A stretch of 32,000 nt of DNA from Puniceicoccales bacterium (GCA_031288595.1 JAITRB010000002.1:7739-39738), one strand, 5' to 3'; shown: positions 9,578 to 26,880, numbered from the stretch's first letter. A program made the numbers and translations. Notes: a model not told the origin generated them from the sequence alone.

Positions 9578-10234
9578 TCAACGCTTATCCGTCCCTTTCT
9601 TAGCCTTGCGGACGAAGACCGTCGCGCCTTTGATACCCGGGAAGCTGCCGCGAATCAGCAGGAGCTCCTCTTCTCGGATAATCCTCACGATTTTCAAATT
9701 CTGCACCGTGCGCCGCACGGCACCGTAATGTCCCGGCATCTTCTTGCCCTTGATGACATGACCCGGCCACTGGCGCTGGCCATAGGAACCACCCCGCCGG
9801 TGGAACATCGCCCCATGGGAAGCCGGACCGCCAGCGAAACCGTAGCGCTTCACCACCCCCTGGAAGCCGTGGCCCTTCGTGATGCCCACTACGTCGACCT
9901 TCTCCCCTTCTTCAAAGAGGGAAATACCGACCTCATCGCCCAGCTGGTAATGGGAAAAACATCCCCGTGTCTCGCGACAGGCGATGAGCCGCTTGCGTGG
10001 GTCGCAGCCCGCCTTTTCCAATCGGCCGACCGTGGGTCTATCATTGACTGTCCCGCTCTTCTTGCCCTGCAGGGCCAGTTGAACGGCTTCATAGCCATCC
10101 GTCTCCCGAGTCCGCTTCTGCAGTACCCGACAGGGCTGCATCTGGACGACCGTTACGGGAACTAGCTCACCTTCGGCATCGAAGATCTGCGTCATGCCGA
10201 TTTTTCTCCCCAGTGTTCCGAGTTCTTCTCTCAT
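9578..10234 (-). CDS. rplC: 50S ribosomal protein L3
   Basis: ORF track 218 aa. It contains GRKIGMTQIF...VTVV...GITKGHGFQGVVKRYGF.GGPASHG....HR..GS.G. Confidence 0.96.
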   Translation of the reverse strand: MREELGTLGRKIGMTQIFDAEGELVPVTVVQMQPCRVLQKRTRETDGYEAVQLALQGKKSGTVNDRPTVGRLEKAGCDPRKRLIACRETRGCFSHYQLGDEVGISLFEEGEKVDVVGITKGHGFQGVVKRYGFAGGPASHGAMFHRRGGSYGQRQWPGHVIKGKKMPGHYGAVRRTVQNLKIVRIIREEELLLIRGSFPGIKGATVFVRKAKKGTDKR

Positions 10235-10278
10235 GATTCCAGGAGGCAGGACGAGCCTGCATTGGAAGGTTTTTACTG

Positions 10279-10307
10279 ATTTCTGAAACGCTCGGGTCCC
10301 TTGTCAA
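10279..10307 (-). promoter_or_regulatory. Candidate sigma70-like promoter for rplC and downstream genes
   Basis: The minus strand reads TTGACA (10307-10302), a 17-nt spacer, then AGAAAT (10284-10279), about 45 nt upstream of the rplC ATG. The -35 box is perfect and the -10 box is weak. No experimental support. Confidence 0.25.
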
Positions 10308-10424
10308 GCGTTTTCCGGTATATTCCCGTATTTCGAAAAACTGCAGTAAGGGATAACCTGGGAAGTTCCAGGGAACAGGGAGAGAAGGAGTCGAGAAAAG
10401 CAAGGGCGATGGAGTGGAGATATT

Positions 10425-10520
10425 GGGCTGGCTTTGCCCGAGGGGGGAAAGAGGCCCCCCTTTTCCCCATCGGGCGGCCCGCGCAGCGGGCCCGATGCCT
10501 TCGGCATCGAAAGCCGGCCC
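10425..10520. repeat. Structured intergenic element, copy A (four-way junction: 11-bp closing stem plus three hairpins)
   Basis: Base pairing checked by hand. Closing stem 10425-10435 with 10510-10520. Arms are 10436-10475, 10476-10492 (ggcccgc-gca-gcgggcc) and 10493-10509 (cgatgcc-ttc-ggcatcg). There are no unpaired junction bases. Confidence 0.75.
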
Positions 10521-10596
10521 CAAATCAACGATTCCCCAACGAATACCTATCCTTCCGGCTTCGACCTTTCAGAAACCAGTTCCCCTAGATGCTGAA

Positions 10597-10902
10597 CTAG
10601 GCACTGATGCTGACTTCGACGCCAGAGGGTAGGTTGAGTCGTTTCAGGGCCTCGATGGTGTCCGCCGTCGGCTCGTGGATCTCGGCCAGACGCACATGCG
10701 TCTTCAGCTCGAACTGATCCATCGATTTCTTATCTTTGTGCGGCGAGCGGTTGACCGAAAAGCGCTCCGTATGCGTCGGCAGGGGCACCGGCCCCACCAC
10801 CCGCGCACCGGAGCGTTTCGACGCATCGACGATTTCCGCAGCGGACTGATCCACTAGCCGGTGATCAAATCCCTTTAGCTTGATCCGAATTTTCTGTGCC
10901 AT
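10597..10902 (-). CDS. rpsJ: 30S ribosomal protein S10
   Basis: The ORF-track start (10920) is a TTG overlapping fusA. The ATG at 10902-10900 gives [23 protein letters not shown]......GA...GP.PLPT, the canonical S10 N-terminus (101 aa), 4 nt after the fusA stop. Confidence 0.95.
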   Translation of the reverse strand: MAQKIRIKLKGFDHRLVDQSAAEIVDASKRSGARVVGPVPLPTHTERFSVNRSPHKDKKSMDQFELKTHVRLAEIHEPTADTIEALKRLNLPSGVEVSISA

Positions 10903-10906
10903 TTTT

Positions 10907-13060
10907 TCAAGAACGGGCAACTGTTCGCGTCGACGCTTCGATGATGCGCTGTAGAATACTAGCCGGCACCTGTTCGAAATGTGACGGTTCCATCGAATAG
11001 TTCGCCCGCCCCTTTGTCAAGGATCGCACGTCGGTAGCGTAGCCAAACATCATCTCAAGCGGCACCAGCACATCGATGTTGGCGAGAGTACCCTTCATCT
11101 CCATCTTCTGGATCTGTCCGCGACGGCGATTCAGATCCCCCATGATATCGCCTTGATACTCCTCCGGTGCCGCGACCTCCACATTCATGATCGGCTCCAG
11201 TAGGATGGGAATCGCCTTTTTCATCGCGTCCTTGAAGGCGAAAATCCCCGCCATTTTAAAGGCCAACTCGGAAGAATCTACCTCGTGAAAACTACCATCG
11301 ATGATACGCACCTTCAGGTCGATGACTGGATAGCCGGCCACAACTCCGTTGCGGGCGCCCTCCAGAATACCCTCCTGAGAGGGTTTGATGTATTCCTTCG
11401 GGATGACCCCGCCGACGATCTCATTGATCACCTCGAGGCCACTGCCCTTCTCCGCCGGCTCGATCCTGACGACCACGTGTCCGTACTGGCCACGCCCGCC
11501 CGACTGGCGGATGAACTTGCCCTCGCCGTCGGCTGGAGTCGTGATGGTCTCGCGGTAGGCGATTTGGGGACGCCCCGCATTGGCATCGACCTTAAATTCC
11601 CGGAACAGCCGGTCGCGAATGATGTCCAGGTGCAACTCCCCCATGCCGGCAATGATGGTTTGGCCAGTCTCCTGGTTGGAGGAAACCTGGAAGGTCGGAT
11701 CCTCCTCCGCCAGCCGCTGCAGCGCCAGGGACAGTTTTTCCTGGTCCGCCTTCGACTTCGGCTCGATGGACATGCTGATGACCGGATTCGGGAAAGTGGG
11801 TGGCTCCAGCGCCTCGTCCGAGGAACGCTCGCAGAGGGTATCGCCGGTAATCACCCCCTTCGCGCCGATGATGGCGCAGATGTCCCCCGCATAGGCCACA
11901 TCGATGTCCTCCCGCATGTCCGCCTTCATGACCATCAGGCGGCTGATGCGCTCCGTATGACGGGTGCGCGGGTTATAAAAGCTCTCGCCCTTGCGCAGCT
12001 GTCCGCGGTAGACGCGGCAGAAGACCAGCTTTCCCACGTAAGGGTCGGTCATCAGCTTGAAGCCCAAGGCGGACAGCGGACCTTTGTCATCCGGCCGGAC
12101 CTCGACGGTGGAACCATCGTCCCGAAACGCCTTCATCGGGGGCAGATCCAGGGGTGAAGGCAGGTAGTGCACTACCGCATCCAGCAGCATCTGGACCCCT
12201 TTATTCTTGAACGCACTCCCCGGGATGACCCCGATGAACTTCAGGGCGATGGTGGCCGAGCGAATCGCGCGGCGCATCTCGTCGGGCGACACCGCCGCCC
12301 CCTCTAAAAATTTCATCGCCAGCTCGTCATCGAAGTCTGCCAGCGCCTCCAGCAGGGATTCTCGCCACTGCTTCGCCGTTTCCAGCCAATGCTCCGGAAT
12401 TTCTGCCTCCTGATAGGCAACCCCTAAAGGATCCGACTCGTCGTAGATATAGGCCCGCATCTTGACCAAGTCGATCAGCCCCCGGAACTCCTCCGCGGAA
12501 CCGATGTTGAGAAAGAGCGGATGGGCATTGCCGCCCAGTTTTTTCCGAATATCCTCCACCGCACCGAGAAAATCCGCTCCGGTACGGTCCATCTTGTTGA
12601 TGAATGCGAGGCGCGGCACCTGGTACTTATCCATCTGGCGCCACACCGTTTCGGACTGGGGTTGCACGCCGGCGACGGAACAGAAGACCGCCACCGCTCC
12701 GTCCAGCACCCGCAGCGAGCGTTCCACTTCAGCTGTGAAATCCACGTGGCCTGGGGTGTCGATCAGATTGATCTGCTGGGGAATTTTGGCGAAAAGTCCC
12801 TCCTTCGTCGTCCAGCCGCAGCTGATGGCCGCCGAGGTGATGGTGATGCCGCGCTCCCGCTCCTGCTCCATCCAATCCGTTACCGTCGTCCCCTCGTGTA
12901 CCTCTCCGATCTTGTGAACGACTCCGGTGTAGTACAAAATCCGCTCCGTCGTCGTGGTCTTACCGGCATCGATGTGGGCCGCAATGCCGATGTTACGGGT
13001 GAACTCCAGCGGCACCTTGCGCTTCGGCGAGTTGACGGGGGAAATGTTCTTGGGATCCAT
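10907..13060 (-). CDS. fusA: Elongation factor G
   Basis: ORF track 717 aa. It contains [54 protein letters not shown] and DTPGHVDFT, with the usual EF-G domain order. Confidence 0.98.
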   Translation of the reverse strand: MDPKNISPVNSPKRKVPLEFTRNIGIAAHIDAGKTTTTERILYYTGVVHKIGEVHEGTTVTDWMEQERERGITITSAAISCGWTTKEGLFAKIPQQINLIDTPGHVDFTAEVERSLRVLDGAVAVFCSVAGVQPQSETVWRQMDKYQVPRLAFINKMDRTGADFLGAVEDIRKKLGGNAHPLFLNIGSAEEFRGLIDLVKMRAYIYDESDPLGVAYQEAEIPEHWLETAKQWRESLLEALADFDDELAMKFLEGAAVSPDEMRRAIRSATIALKFIGVIPGSAFKNKGVQMLLDAVVHYLPSPLDLPPMKAFRDDGSTVEVRPDDKGPLSALGFKLMTDPYVGKLVFCRVYRGQLRKGESFYNPRTRHTERISRLMVMKADMREDIDVAYAGDICAIIGAKGVITGDTLCERSSDEALEPPTFPNPVISMSIEPKSKADQEKLSLALQRLAEEDPTFQVSSNQETGQTIIAGMGELHLDIIRDRLFREFKVDANAGRPQIAYRETITTPADGEGKFIRQSGGRGQYGHVVVRIEPAEKGSGLEVINEIVGGVIPKEYIKPSQEGILEGARNGVVAGYPVIDLKVRIIDGSFHEVDSSELAFKMAGIFAFKDAMKKAIPILLEPIMNVEVAAPEEYQGDIMGDLNRRRGQIQKMEMKGTLANIDVLVPLEMMFGYATDVRSLTKGRANYSMEPSHFEQVPASILQRIIEASTRTVARS

Positions 13061-13093
13061 AGGGCGCAGGCGCTTCGGCGTCTTCGATTTTTC

Positions 13094-13567
13094 TTACCAG
13101 CGCAGGTGGACGAAGGCGCGGTTGGCTTGAGCCATGCGGTGCACCTCCGACTTCCTCTTCACCACATTGCCGGTGTTGTTGTAGGCGTCGATGATCTCCT
13201 GACCCAAGGCCTCTGCCATGCGCTTGCCCTTACGACCGCGGGCAGACTGAATCATCCAGCGGAAGACCAGTGCCTGCTGGCGAGTAGGGGGGATTTCGAC
13301 CGGAATCTGGTAGGTAGCTCCGCCCACGCGGCGACTCCGCAGCTCCAGCTTCGGCCGAGCATTTTCCAGCGCTCCCAATAGGAGGGCGACAGGATCACCC
13401 TTGCCGATCTCCTCACTGGCCCGTTCGATGGCCCCATAGACGATGCTGCAGGCCACGGAGCGTTTCCCCCGTTCCATGACCCGGTTGACCAACTGGCCCA
13501 CCAGGGGACTTCCGAAGCGCGGGTCCTCTGCGATGGGGCGTTTCTCGGCTCGGCGACGACGTGACAT
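13094..13567 (-). CDS. rpsG: 30S ribosomal protein S7
   Basis: ORF track 157 aa. MSRRRRAEKR...DP.FGS.LV..L.N..M..GK...A..IVY.A...RRVGGATYQ.P.E...HRMA.AN.AF.H.RW is S7. Confidence 0.97.
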   Translation of the reverse strand: MSRRRRAEKRPIAEDPRFGSPLVGQLVNRVMERGKRSVACSIVYGAIERASEEIGKGDPVALLLGALENARPKLELRSRRVGGATYQIPVEIPPTRQQALVFRWMIQSARGRKGKRMAEALGQEIIDAYNNTGNVVKRKSEVHRMAQANRAFVHLRW

Positions 13568-13573
13568 GATAAA

Positions 13574-13960
13574 TTACTTCCTTGCCGCCTTGGGCCGCTT
13601 CACACCGTACTTCGAGCGGCTCCGGCGGCGCTTGTCGACTCCGGAGCAATCTAGGGTGCCTCGGACGATGTGGTAACGCACGCCCGGAAGGTCCTTCACA
13701 CGCCCCCCGCGCACCAGCACCACGCTGTGCTCCTGCAACTTGTGCCCCTCATCCGGAATGTAGGCGATGACCTCATCGCCGCCATGGGTCAGGCGCACCT
13801 TGGCCACCTTGCGGATGGCCGAATTTGGCTTTTTCGGCGTGCGCGTCATCACCTGGATGCAGACGCCGCGGCGGAAGGGATTCGAGTCCAATGCCGGTGA
13901 TTTCGATTTGATCGCCTCCCGTAGACGGGGATGGCGAAGTAACTGGTTGATAGTGGGCAT
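13574..13960 (-). CDS. rpsL: 30S ribosomal protein S12
   Basis: The ORF-track start (13999) is a GTG. The ATG at 13960-13958 gives MPTINQLLR..., the universal S12 N-terminus (128 aa). It contains [17 protein letters not shown] and [17 protein letters not shown]. Confidence 0.96.
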   Translation of the reverse strand: MPTINQLLRHPRLREAIKSKSPALDSNPFRRGVCIQVMTRTPKKPNSAIRKVAKVRLTHGGDEVIAYIPDEGHKLQEHSVVLVRGGRVKDLPGVRYHIVRGTLDCSGVDKRRRSRSKYGVKRPKAARK

Positions 13961-14202
13961 GGGCCGCAGAGATAAAATTTCCTTATTCGAAATCGGCACG
14001 CTAGAACTCCCTCCTGGAGAAGCAAGCCTTTATTCGATAAAAATCACCCCAGACCCCCTGAAAATTCGAACTGCAGGCCCCGCCCTCCTAGGCTTCCTTT
14101 CCCTACACCCTTCCCCATAGGCCCATCGCGGTGGTCCTTTTCAGGCTCTCCGGGGCGATTAGTTCCCCAAATGGGATTGCTCATAAGCGGAGATCGCGCT
14201 GT

Positions 14203-14303
14203 GGCGCCGCCTTGGGGCCCCATAGGGGCCCTAGGCCCGCTTCGCGGGCCGTGCGGCCTAGGGCTGGAGAGGCCCTCCGGCCCTAGGCCGCAAAGGCGGC
14301 GCC
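14203..14303. repeat. Structured intergenic element, copy B (11-bp closing stem plus three hairpins)
   Basis: Perfect 11-bp closing stem ggcgccgcctt (14203-14213) with aaggcggcgcc (14293-14303). Arms are 14215-14231 (gggcccc-ata-ggggccc), 14234-14250 (ggcccgc-ttc-gcgggcc) and 14255-14289 (ggcctagggc ... gccctaggcc with inner ggag/ctcc). Confidence 0.75.
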
Positions 14304-14379
14304 TGGAAAATAAACACCGAAGTCTCCCGTTCCCTTCTCAGCCCTGTTCCGGAGCTTCTATCAGGCACCCTCAGCACCC

Positions 14380-18498
<4,119 letters not shown>

Positions 18499-18513
18499 AG
18501 AAAACGCGAGTTC

Positions 18514-22287
<3,774 letters not shown>

Positions 22288-22452
22288 AGCGACGAAAAAA
22301 TAACAGTACTCATCCCGAATGGACCCTTCGAGATGATTTTCCTAAAAAAGTAAAAGCAGACCCTTCCGCAGAATCGCCTTTAGACTGAACGGCGAAAGAT
22401 ACGAACGCACCCGATGCCAGAAACACGATAAATGAACCGAGCAATCGCGCCC

Positions 22453-22833
22453 CTACTTCAACTCAACTTTAGCTCCAGCGGCCTCCAACTTCTGTTTGAT
22501 CTCCTCTGCTTCCGCTTTAGAAACACCCTCTTTGATCGGCTTAGGGGCGGACTCCACCAAGTCTTTAGCCTCCTTCAGGCCGAGACCGGTGACCGCCCGG
22601 ACTTCCTTGATGGCATTGATCTTATTATCTCCGGCCGCCGTGAGGATGACGCTGAACTCCGTCTGCTCCTCCGCTGCTTCCGCCGGAGCGGCTGCCGCCA
22701 CCGCCGCAACGGCCACCGGAGCGGCCGCACTGACGCCCCATTTTTCCTCCAATTCCTTCACCAGAGTCGCCATTTCCAATACGGATTGACGGCCCAACCA
22801 TTCGATAACCTCTTCCTTCGTGATGTCTGTCAT
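22453..22833 (-). CDS. rplL: 50S ribosomal protein L7/L12
   Basis: ORF track 126 aa. Ala-rich hinge, then [49 protein letters not shown]. Confidence 0.97.
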   Translation of the reverse strand: MTDITKEEVIEWLGRQSVLEMATLVKELEEKWGVSAAAPVAVAAVAAAAPAEAAEEQTEFSVILTAAGDNKINAIKEVRAVTGLGLKEAKDLVESAPKPIKEGVSKAEAEEIKQKLEAAGAKVELK

Positions 22834-22921
22834 GATTTCCTCCCTGGGGTATTTTAGCGATTTTCAAACCATCATTTAAGAGCAAGGCTCCTAAAACACA
22901 CCCGATTCAGATGAATAAAGT

Positions 22922-23431
22922 TCATCGGCTCCCCTTGGCCTTCAAAACGCGCAGCAGGCCCTGCGGAACGCCCTGGAAAACCGCCAGTATCCGACGAGCC
23001 GGTTCCTGCAGCAGAGCCAGAAAACGCGCCCGTAACTCCTCCAGTGGTGGTAATTCCGAGAGCAGCTTGACTTCCTCCGGACTCAGGAAGCGATTTGCCA
23101 GCGCACCGCATTTGAGCACCAGCTTATCCTCGTGCTGTTTGCGGAACTGCAGCAGAATCTTGGCCACTCCCGAAGGATTAGATCCACGGGTAACGATGGC
23201 CGTCGGCCCCGAGAGCTGCGGCTTCAAATCTAGGGAAACGATTCCCTGAAGCGCCAATTGCAAGATGCTATTCTTGACCACGTGAAAAACCGCCCCTTCC
23301 GCCCGCAAGGCCCGGCGTAGCTCCGCTACTTCCTCAACGCGCACGCGGGCAAAGTTGAGCAGATAGAGGTAATCCGACCCATGCAGATAAGTCACTGCCT
23401 CCTGAACGAGCCAATTCTTTTCCAGTCTCAT
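22922..23431 (-). CDS. rplJ: 50S ribosomal protein L10
   Basis: The ORF-track entry (to 23599) overlaps rplA. The ATG at 23431-23429 forms an ATGA overlap with the rplA stop and gives 169 aa, [16 protein letters not shown]...VEEVAELRRALRAEGAVFHVVKNS, which is L10-like. It lies upstream of rplL. Confidence 0.88.
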   Translation of the reverse strand: MRLEKNWLVQEAVTYLHGSDYLYLLNFARVRVEEVAELRRALRAEGAVFHVVKNSILQLALQGIVSLDLKPQLSGPTAIVTRGSNPSGVAKILLQFRKQHEDKLVLKCGALANRFLSPEEVKLLSELPPLEELRARFLALLQEPARRILAVFQGVPQGLLRVLKAKGSR

Positions 23432-24141
23432 GATGCACTGCGGTTCGATTCCATTCCCAAATACTCCTGGGCGTCTAGGCGAATCCCGGGCGACATGGTG
23501 GCGCTCAGGGTAGCGCTGCGGATGAAGCGCCCGCGAAAGGCATTTGGCCTCGCATGGCCCACCGCTTCGACAGCTGCTTGGACGTTGGCTGAAAGACACT
23601 CATCGTTCAGCGAGCGCTTGCCGACCACTACCGCGATGTTGGCGGTCTTGTCCATCTTAAATTCCACCCGACCTGCCTTGAGTTCTTGAATGATTGGCGC
23701 CAGATCGTCGGCCACCGTACCGGATCTGGGATTCGGCATCAGGCCACGCGGGCCCAAGACCCGAGCCAACGTCCGTACCTGTTTCATGGCGGAAGGGGTT
23801 GCCACCGCGACGTCGAAGTCCATCCAGCCTTCCTGCACGCGCTGGATGAGCTCTTCCAGACCAGCCACTTCGGCACCGGCCTCCAACGCTTCCTTCGGTG
23901 ATTCCGTAAAGGCGATCACGCGTATTTTCCGGCCGCTGCCGTGGGGCAGAGACACTGTTCCGCGCACCATCTGCTCGCTCAGCTTGGGATCGACGCCCAG
24001 GTGCAGCGAGAGCTCGACGGTCTCATCGAAACGGACCATCGGCATCTCCCTCAACAGCGCTACCGCCTGCTCCAACGAAAAGGACGACTGCGAGGCGAGC
24101 ATTTCCCGAGCTTTGCGCTGACGTCTACTTCCCCGTTTCAT
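23428..24141 (-). CDS. rplA: 50S ribosomal protein L1
   Basis: ORF track 237 aa. It contains [15 protein letters not shown]....Q.VRGTV.LPHG.G...[25 protein letters not shown] and related L1 motifs. Confidence 0.96.
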   Translation of the reverse strand: MKRGSRRQRKAREMLASQSSFSLEQAVALLREMPMVRFDETVELSLHLGVDPKLSEQMVRGTVSLPHGSGRKIRVIAFTESPKEALEAGAEVAGLEELIQRVQEGWMDFDVAVATPSAMKQVRTLARVLGPRGLMPNPRSGTVADDLAPIIQELKAGRVEFKMDKTANIAVVVGKRSLNDECLSANVQAAVEAVGHARPNAFRGRFIRSATLSATMSPGIRLDAQEYLGMESNRSAS

Positions 24142-24578
24142 AACTTCTCCTCCTTGACCACAACTTCGATGCCCATACTGCGGGCCGTTCCCTCGATCAT
24201 GCGGGCCGCCGCCACTCTATCCTCCGCGTTGAGGTCGGCCTTCTTCAGCTCCACGATGCTCGCGATTTGCTGGGCCGTCACCTTAGCGACCTTGTTCCGA
24301 TTGGGCACACCGGAGCCCTTAAGCAGGCCGGCTGCCTTTTTAAGCAATACGGAGGCCGGCGGAGACTTCAGTTCGAAGGAAAAAGAACGGTCGGCATAGA
24401 CCGAGATAAGGGCCGGGATGATCATGCCCGCCTGATCCTTGGTACGGGCATTGAACTCCTTGCAGAAGGCCATGATGTTGACCCCAGCAGCCCCCAGAGC
24501 CGGACCCACCGGCGGTGCCGGATTCGCCGCACCGGCTGGCAACTGCAATTTAATCTTGTGGATGACTTTTTTCGCCAT
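24138..24578 (-). CDS. rplK: 50S ribosomal protein L11
   Basis: ORF track 146 aa. It contains [34 protein letters not shown]. Confidence 0.97.
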   Translation of the reverse strand: MAKKVIHKIKLQLPAGAANPAPPVGPALGAAGVNIMAFCKEFNARTKDQAGMIIPALISVYADRSFSFELKSPPASVLLKKAAGLLKGSGVPNRNKVAKVTAQQIASIVELKKADLNAEDRVAAARMIEGTARSMGIEVVVKEEKL

Positions 24579-24597
24579 GGTTTCTCGCCCGAGAAAA

Positions 24598-25176
24598 TCA
24601 CTCGTCGACGGGCCCGACTTGTCCGAACTCTGCTTCTACTGGCGTCGAGCGACCAAATAGCAAGACTGAAATGATCAACTTCCCCTCTTCGGCGTCGATG
24701 GCCTCGACCTGACCCACGGAATTCACGAACGGTCCTGCCTGAATCTTCACCTTATCGCCCACAGTGAAGGAGGTCTTGGGCAGCGGATGCTCTTCGGAAG
24801 CCCGGATCTGCCCCTGAATGCGCTCGATTTCGGAGACCTTCAGCGGTACTGGGTTTTCGCCCCCCACGAAGCCCATGACACCCTGGGCGCGGCGGATCAA
24901 CTGCCACGGCCCCTGTAAAATCTGTCCAGCCTCGTCATAGAGACGCGCGCGGATGAAGGCGTAACCCGGGTAGAGCTTTTTATAGCGCAGGATTTTCTTT
25001 CCTTCCTTGACCTCCACGGTCTTCTCCATCGGGACGAGTACCTCCTGGATACACCCCTGGCCCTCGGTCCTGAGCATGCGCTCTAGATAGAGCTTCACCT
25101 TAGCCTCCTGATTGGAGAGGATCTGCAGGGCATACCACTGCCAGTCGCTCGTCGAAAGAGAGGCCATATCTCCCAT
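24598..25176 (-). CDS. nusG: Transcription termination/antitermination factor NusG
   Basis: ORF track 192 aa. NGN start WYALQ..SN.E.KVK, and a C-terminal KOW F.VGDKVKI..GPF....G.VE.ID. It lies between secE and rplK. Confidence 0.95.
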   Translation of the reverse strand: MGDMASLSTSDWQWYALQILSNQEAKVKLYLERMLRTEGQGCIQEVLVPMEKTVEVKEGKKILRYKKLYPGYAFIRARLYDEAGQILQGPWQLIRRAQGVMGFVGGENPVPLKVSEIERIQGQIRASEEHPLPKTSFTVGDKVKIQAGPFVNSVGQVEAIDAEEGKLIISVLLFGRSTPVEAEFGQVGPVDE

Positions 25177-25179
25177 TTA

Positions 25180-25395
25180 CTAGCTCCCCAGCTTCCCTCG
25201 TACCCAGGTGCCCAGGAGATCCACTACTCCGTAGAGCGCGAAATCCGAAAGGCTGACGAAGCACCCCAAGAGCAGCATTCCCATCAATACCACGACGATG
25301 GACTGCCTCATCTCTTTCCGGTCGGGCCAGGTCACCTTCCGCAACTCCGTTACGGTCTCAGCGCTAAACCCCTGCACTTTTGTCCACCATTTCAT
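25180..25395 (-). CDS. secE: Preprotein translocase subunit SecE (single-TM form)
   Basis: ORF track 71 aa. ELRKVTWPDRKE motif followed by one hydrophobic helix. Canonical position between tRNA-Trp and nusG. Confidence 0.9.
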   Translation of the reverse strand: MKWWTKVQGFSAETVTELRKVTWPDRKEMRQSIVVVLMGMLLLGCFVSLSDFALYGVVDLLGTWVRGKLGS

Positions 25396-25453
25396 AGACT
25401 GATGATTGCCAATAAAAATTTAGGCCAGAAAGCCCTCATCCTCCAAACAAAAC

Positions 25454-25529
25454 TGGCAGGAGAAGAGGGACTCGAACCCCCAACTTACGGTTTTGGAGAC
25501 CGTTGTTCTGCCAATTGAACTATTCTCCT
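25454..25529 (-). tRNA. tRNA-Trp (anticodon CCA), CCA end encoded
   Basis: The reverse complement folds by hand: AGGAGAA TA GTTC AATTGGCA GAAC A ACGGT CTCCAAA ACCGT AAGTT GGGGG TTCGAGT CCCTC TTCTCCT G CCA. All four stems pair. Confidence 0.95.
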
Positions 25530-25583
25530 ACACCCAATATGCAAGGCGACCTAAGTCTCCCCTTCGCCTCCATTAAGCAGCTT

Positions 25584-26774
25584 TCAGGTCACTACCTCGA
25601 CGATGCGTCCCGCACCGATGGTATGCCCTCCCTCGCGAATAGCAAAGCGCTGCCCCTTCTCCATCGCTATCCTCTTCTGCAGCTCGATCTCGATTCCCAG
25701 ATTATCCCCGGGCATCACCATCTTCGTTTCGGGCGGCAGATGGACGACGCCGGTCACGTCGGCGGTGCCGAAGAAGAATTGCGGGCGATAACCGCTGAAA
25801 AAGTGCGTATGGCGCCCTCCTTCCTCCTTGGTCAGGACGTAGATCTCGGCCTTGGCCTTGCAATGTGGGGTAATCGTCCCGGGTTTGGCCAACACATGGC
25901 CGCGTTCCACTTCACTCTTCTCGACACCCCGTAGCAGAATACCGACATTATCCCCCGCCTGCCCTTCATCCAGGAGCTTGCGAAACATCTCAATTCCGGT
26001 GCAGGTGGTCTTGCGCGTCTCGCTGAGACCGACGATCTCCACCTCTTCACCGACCTTGATCTTGCCGCGCTCGATACGGCCGGTGGCCACCGTTCCACGA
26101 CCGGTGATGGAGAAAACATCCTCCACCGCCATCAGAAAGGGTTTATCCACATCCCGCTTCGGCTCCTCAATCTCCCGATCCAAAGCATCCAACAACTGTC
26201 CGATCGCACTCACCCCCTCCGGTTTGCCCTCAAGAGCCGCCAGCGCCGAACCTCGGACGATGCTGATCTTGTCGCCCTTGTAGTCATACTTATTCAGGAG
26301 TTCCCGAATCTCCATCTCCACCAGTTCGAGCAGTTCGGGATCATCCAGGAGATCGACCTTGTTGAGGAAGACGACTAGGTTGGGAATGCCCACCTGACGG
26401 GCCAATAGGATATGCTCCCGGGTCTGGGGCATCGGTCCATCAGCGGCGCTAACCACCAGAATACCGCCATCCATCTGAGCCGCACCGGTGATCATGTTCT
26501 TGACAAAGTCCGCGTGACCCGGGCAGTCGATGTGGGCATAGTGACGCCGGTCGCTCTCATATTCCACATGGGACACTGCAATCGTCACTGTTTTGGAGGC
26601 GTCGCGAATCGTCCCGCCCTTCGTCACATCCGCATAGGATTTAAATTTCGCCAGACCCTTGTCCGACTGGACCTTGAGGATGGCGGTCGTTAGCGTCGAT
26701 TTCCCATGGTCGACGTGACCAATTGTGCCGACATTGACATGCGGCTTCGTTCTCGCGAAGGTTTCCTTAGCCAT
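25584..26774 (-). CDS. tuf: Elongation factor Tu (divergent switch I region)
   Basis: The ORF-track entry (to 26849) reads through tRNA-Thr. The ATG at 26774-26772 gives [25 protein letters not shown]..., 396 aa. [12 protein letters not shown] and GSAL motifs are present. Canonical locus tRNA-Thr / tuf / tRNA-Trp / secE. Confidence 0.95.
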   Translation of the reverse strand: MAKETFARTKPHVNVGTIGHVDHGKSTLTTAILKVQSDKGLAKFKSYADVTKGGTIRDASKTVTIAVSHVEYESDRRHYAHIDCPGHADFVKNMITGAAQMDGGILVVSAADGPMPQTREHILLARQVGIPNLVVFLNKVDLLDDPELLELVEMEIRELLNKYDYKGDKISIVRGSALAALEGKPEGVSAIGQLLDALDREIEEPKRDVDKPFLMAVEDVFSITGRGTVATGRIERGKIKVGEEVEIVGLSETRKTTCTGIEMFRKLLDEGQAGDNVGILLRGVEKSEVERGHVLAKPGTITPHCKAKAEIYVLTKEEGGRHTHFFSGYRPQFFFGTADVTGVVHLPPETKMVMPGDNLGIEIELQKRIAMEKGQRFAIREGGHTIGAGRIVEVVT

Positions 26775-26804
26775 GTATCTTCCTGTTCTGATTAAGAGAC
26801 ATCC

Positions 26805-26880
<76 letters not shown>

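Noticed and set aside
10167-10588. Several 65-118-aa ORFs on both strands in the rpsJ-rplC spacer (10167-10523, 10273-10470, 10304-10528, 10301-10588, 10414-10632)
   Set aside because: They overlap one another and the L3 and S10 genes. Their translations are P/G/R/S-rich and driven by the palindromic GC-rich element, and none has an SD or a recognisable motif. The region is better explained as structured non-coding DNA.
11285-13381. Two ~290-aa plus-strand ORFs (11285-12157 and 12521-13381) antisense to fusA/rpsG
   Set aside because: Both are codon-aligned antisense to fusA (offsets from 10907 are divisible by 3). fusA is certain and neither ORF has independent support.
23432-23599. Extended starts in the ORF track for L10 (to 23599), and likewise L23 (to 8986), S12 (GTG 13999), S10 (TTG 10920), S14 (TTG 4244) and S17 (GTG 5810)
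   Set aside because: Each extension overlaps the upstream gene or starts at a non-ATG codon. An in-frame ATG reproduces the conserved family N-terminus and gives the tight ATGA or short-gap junctions seen elsewhere in the cluster.
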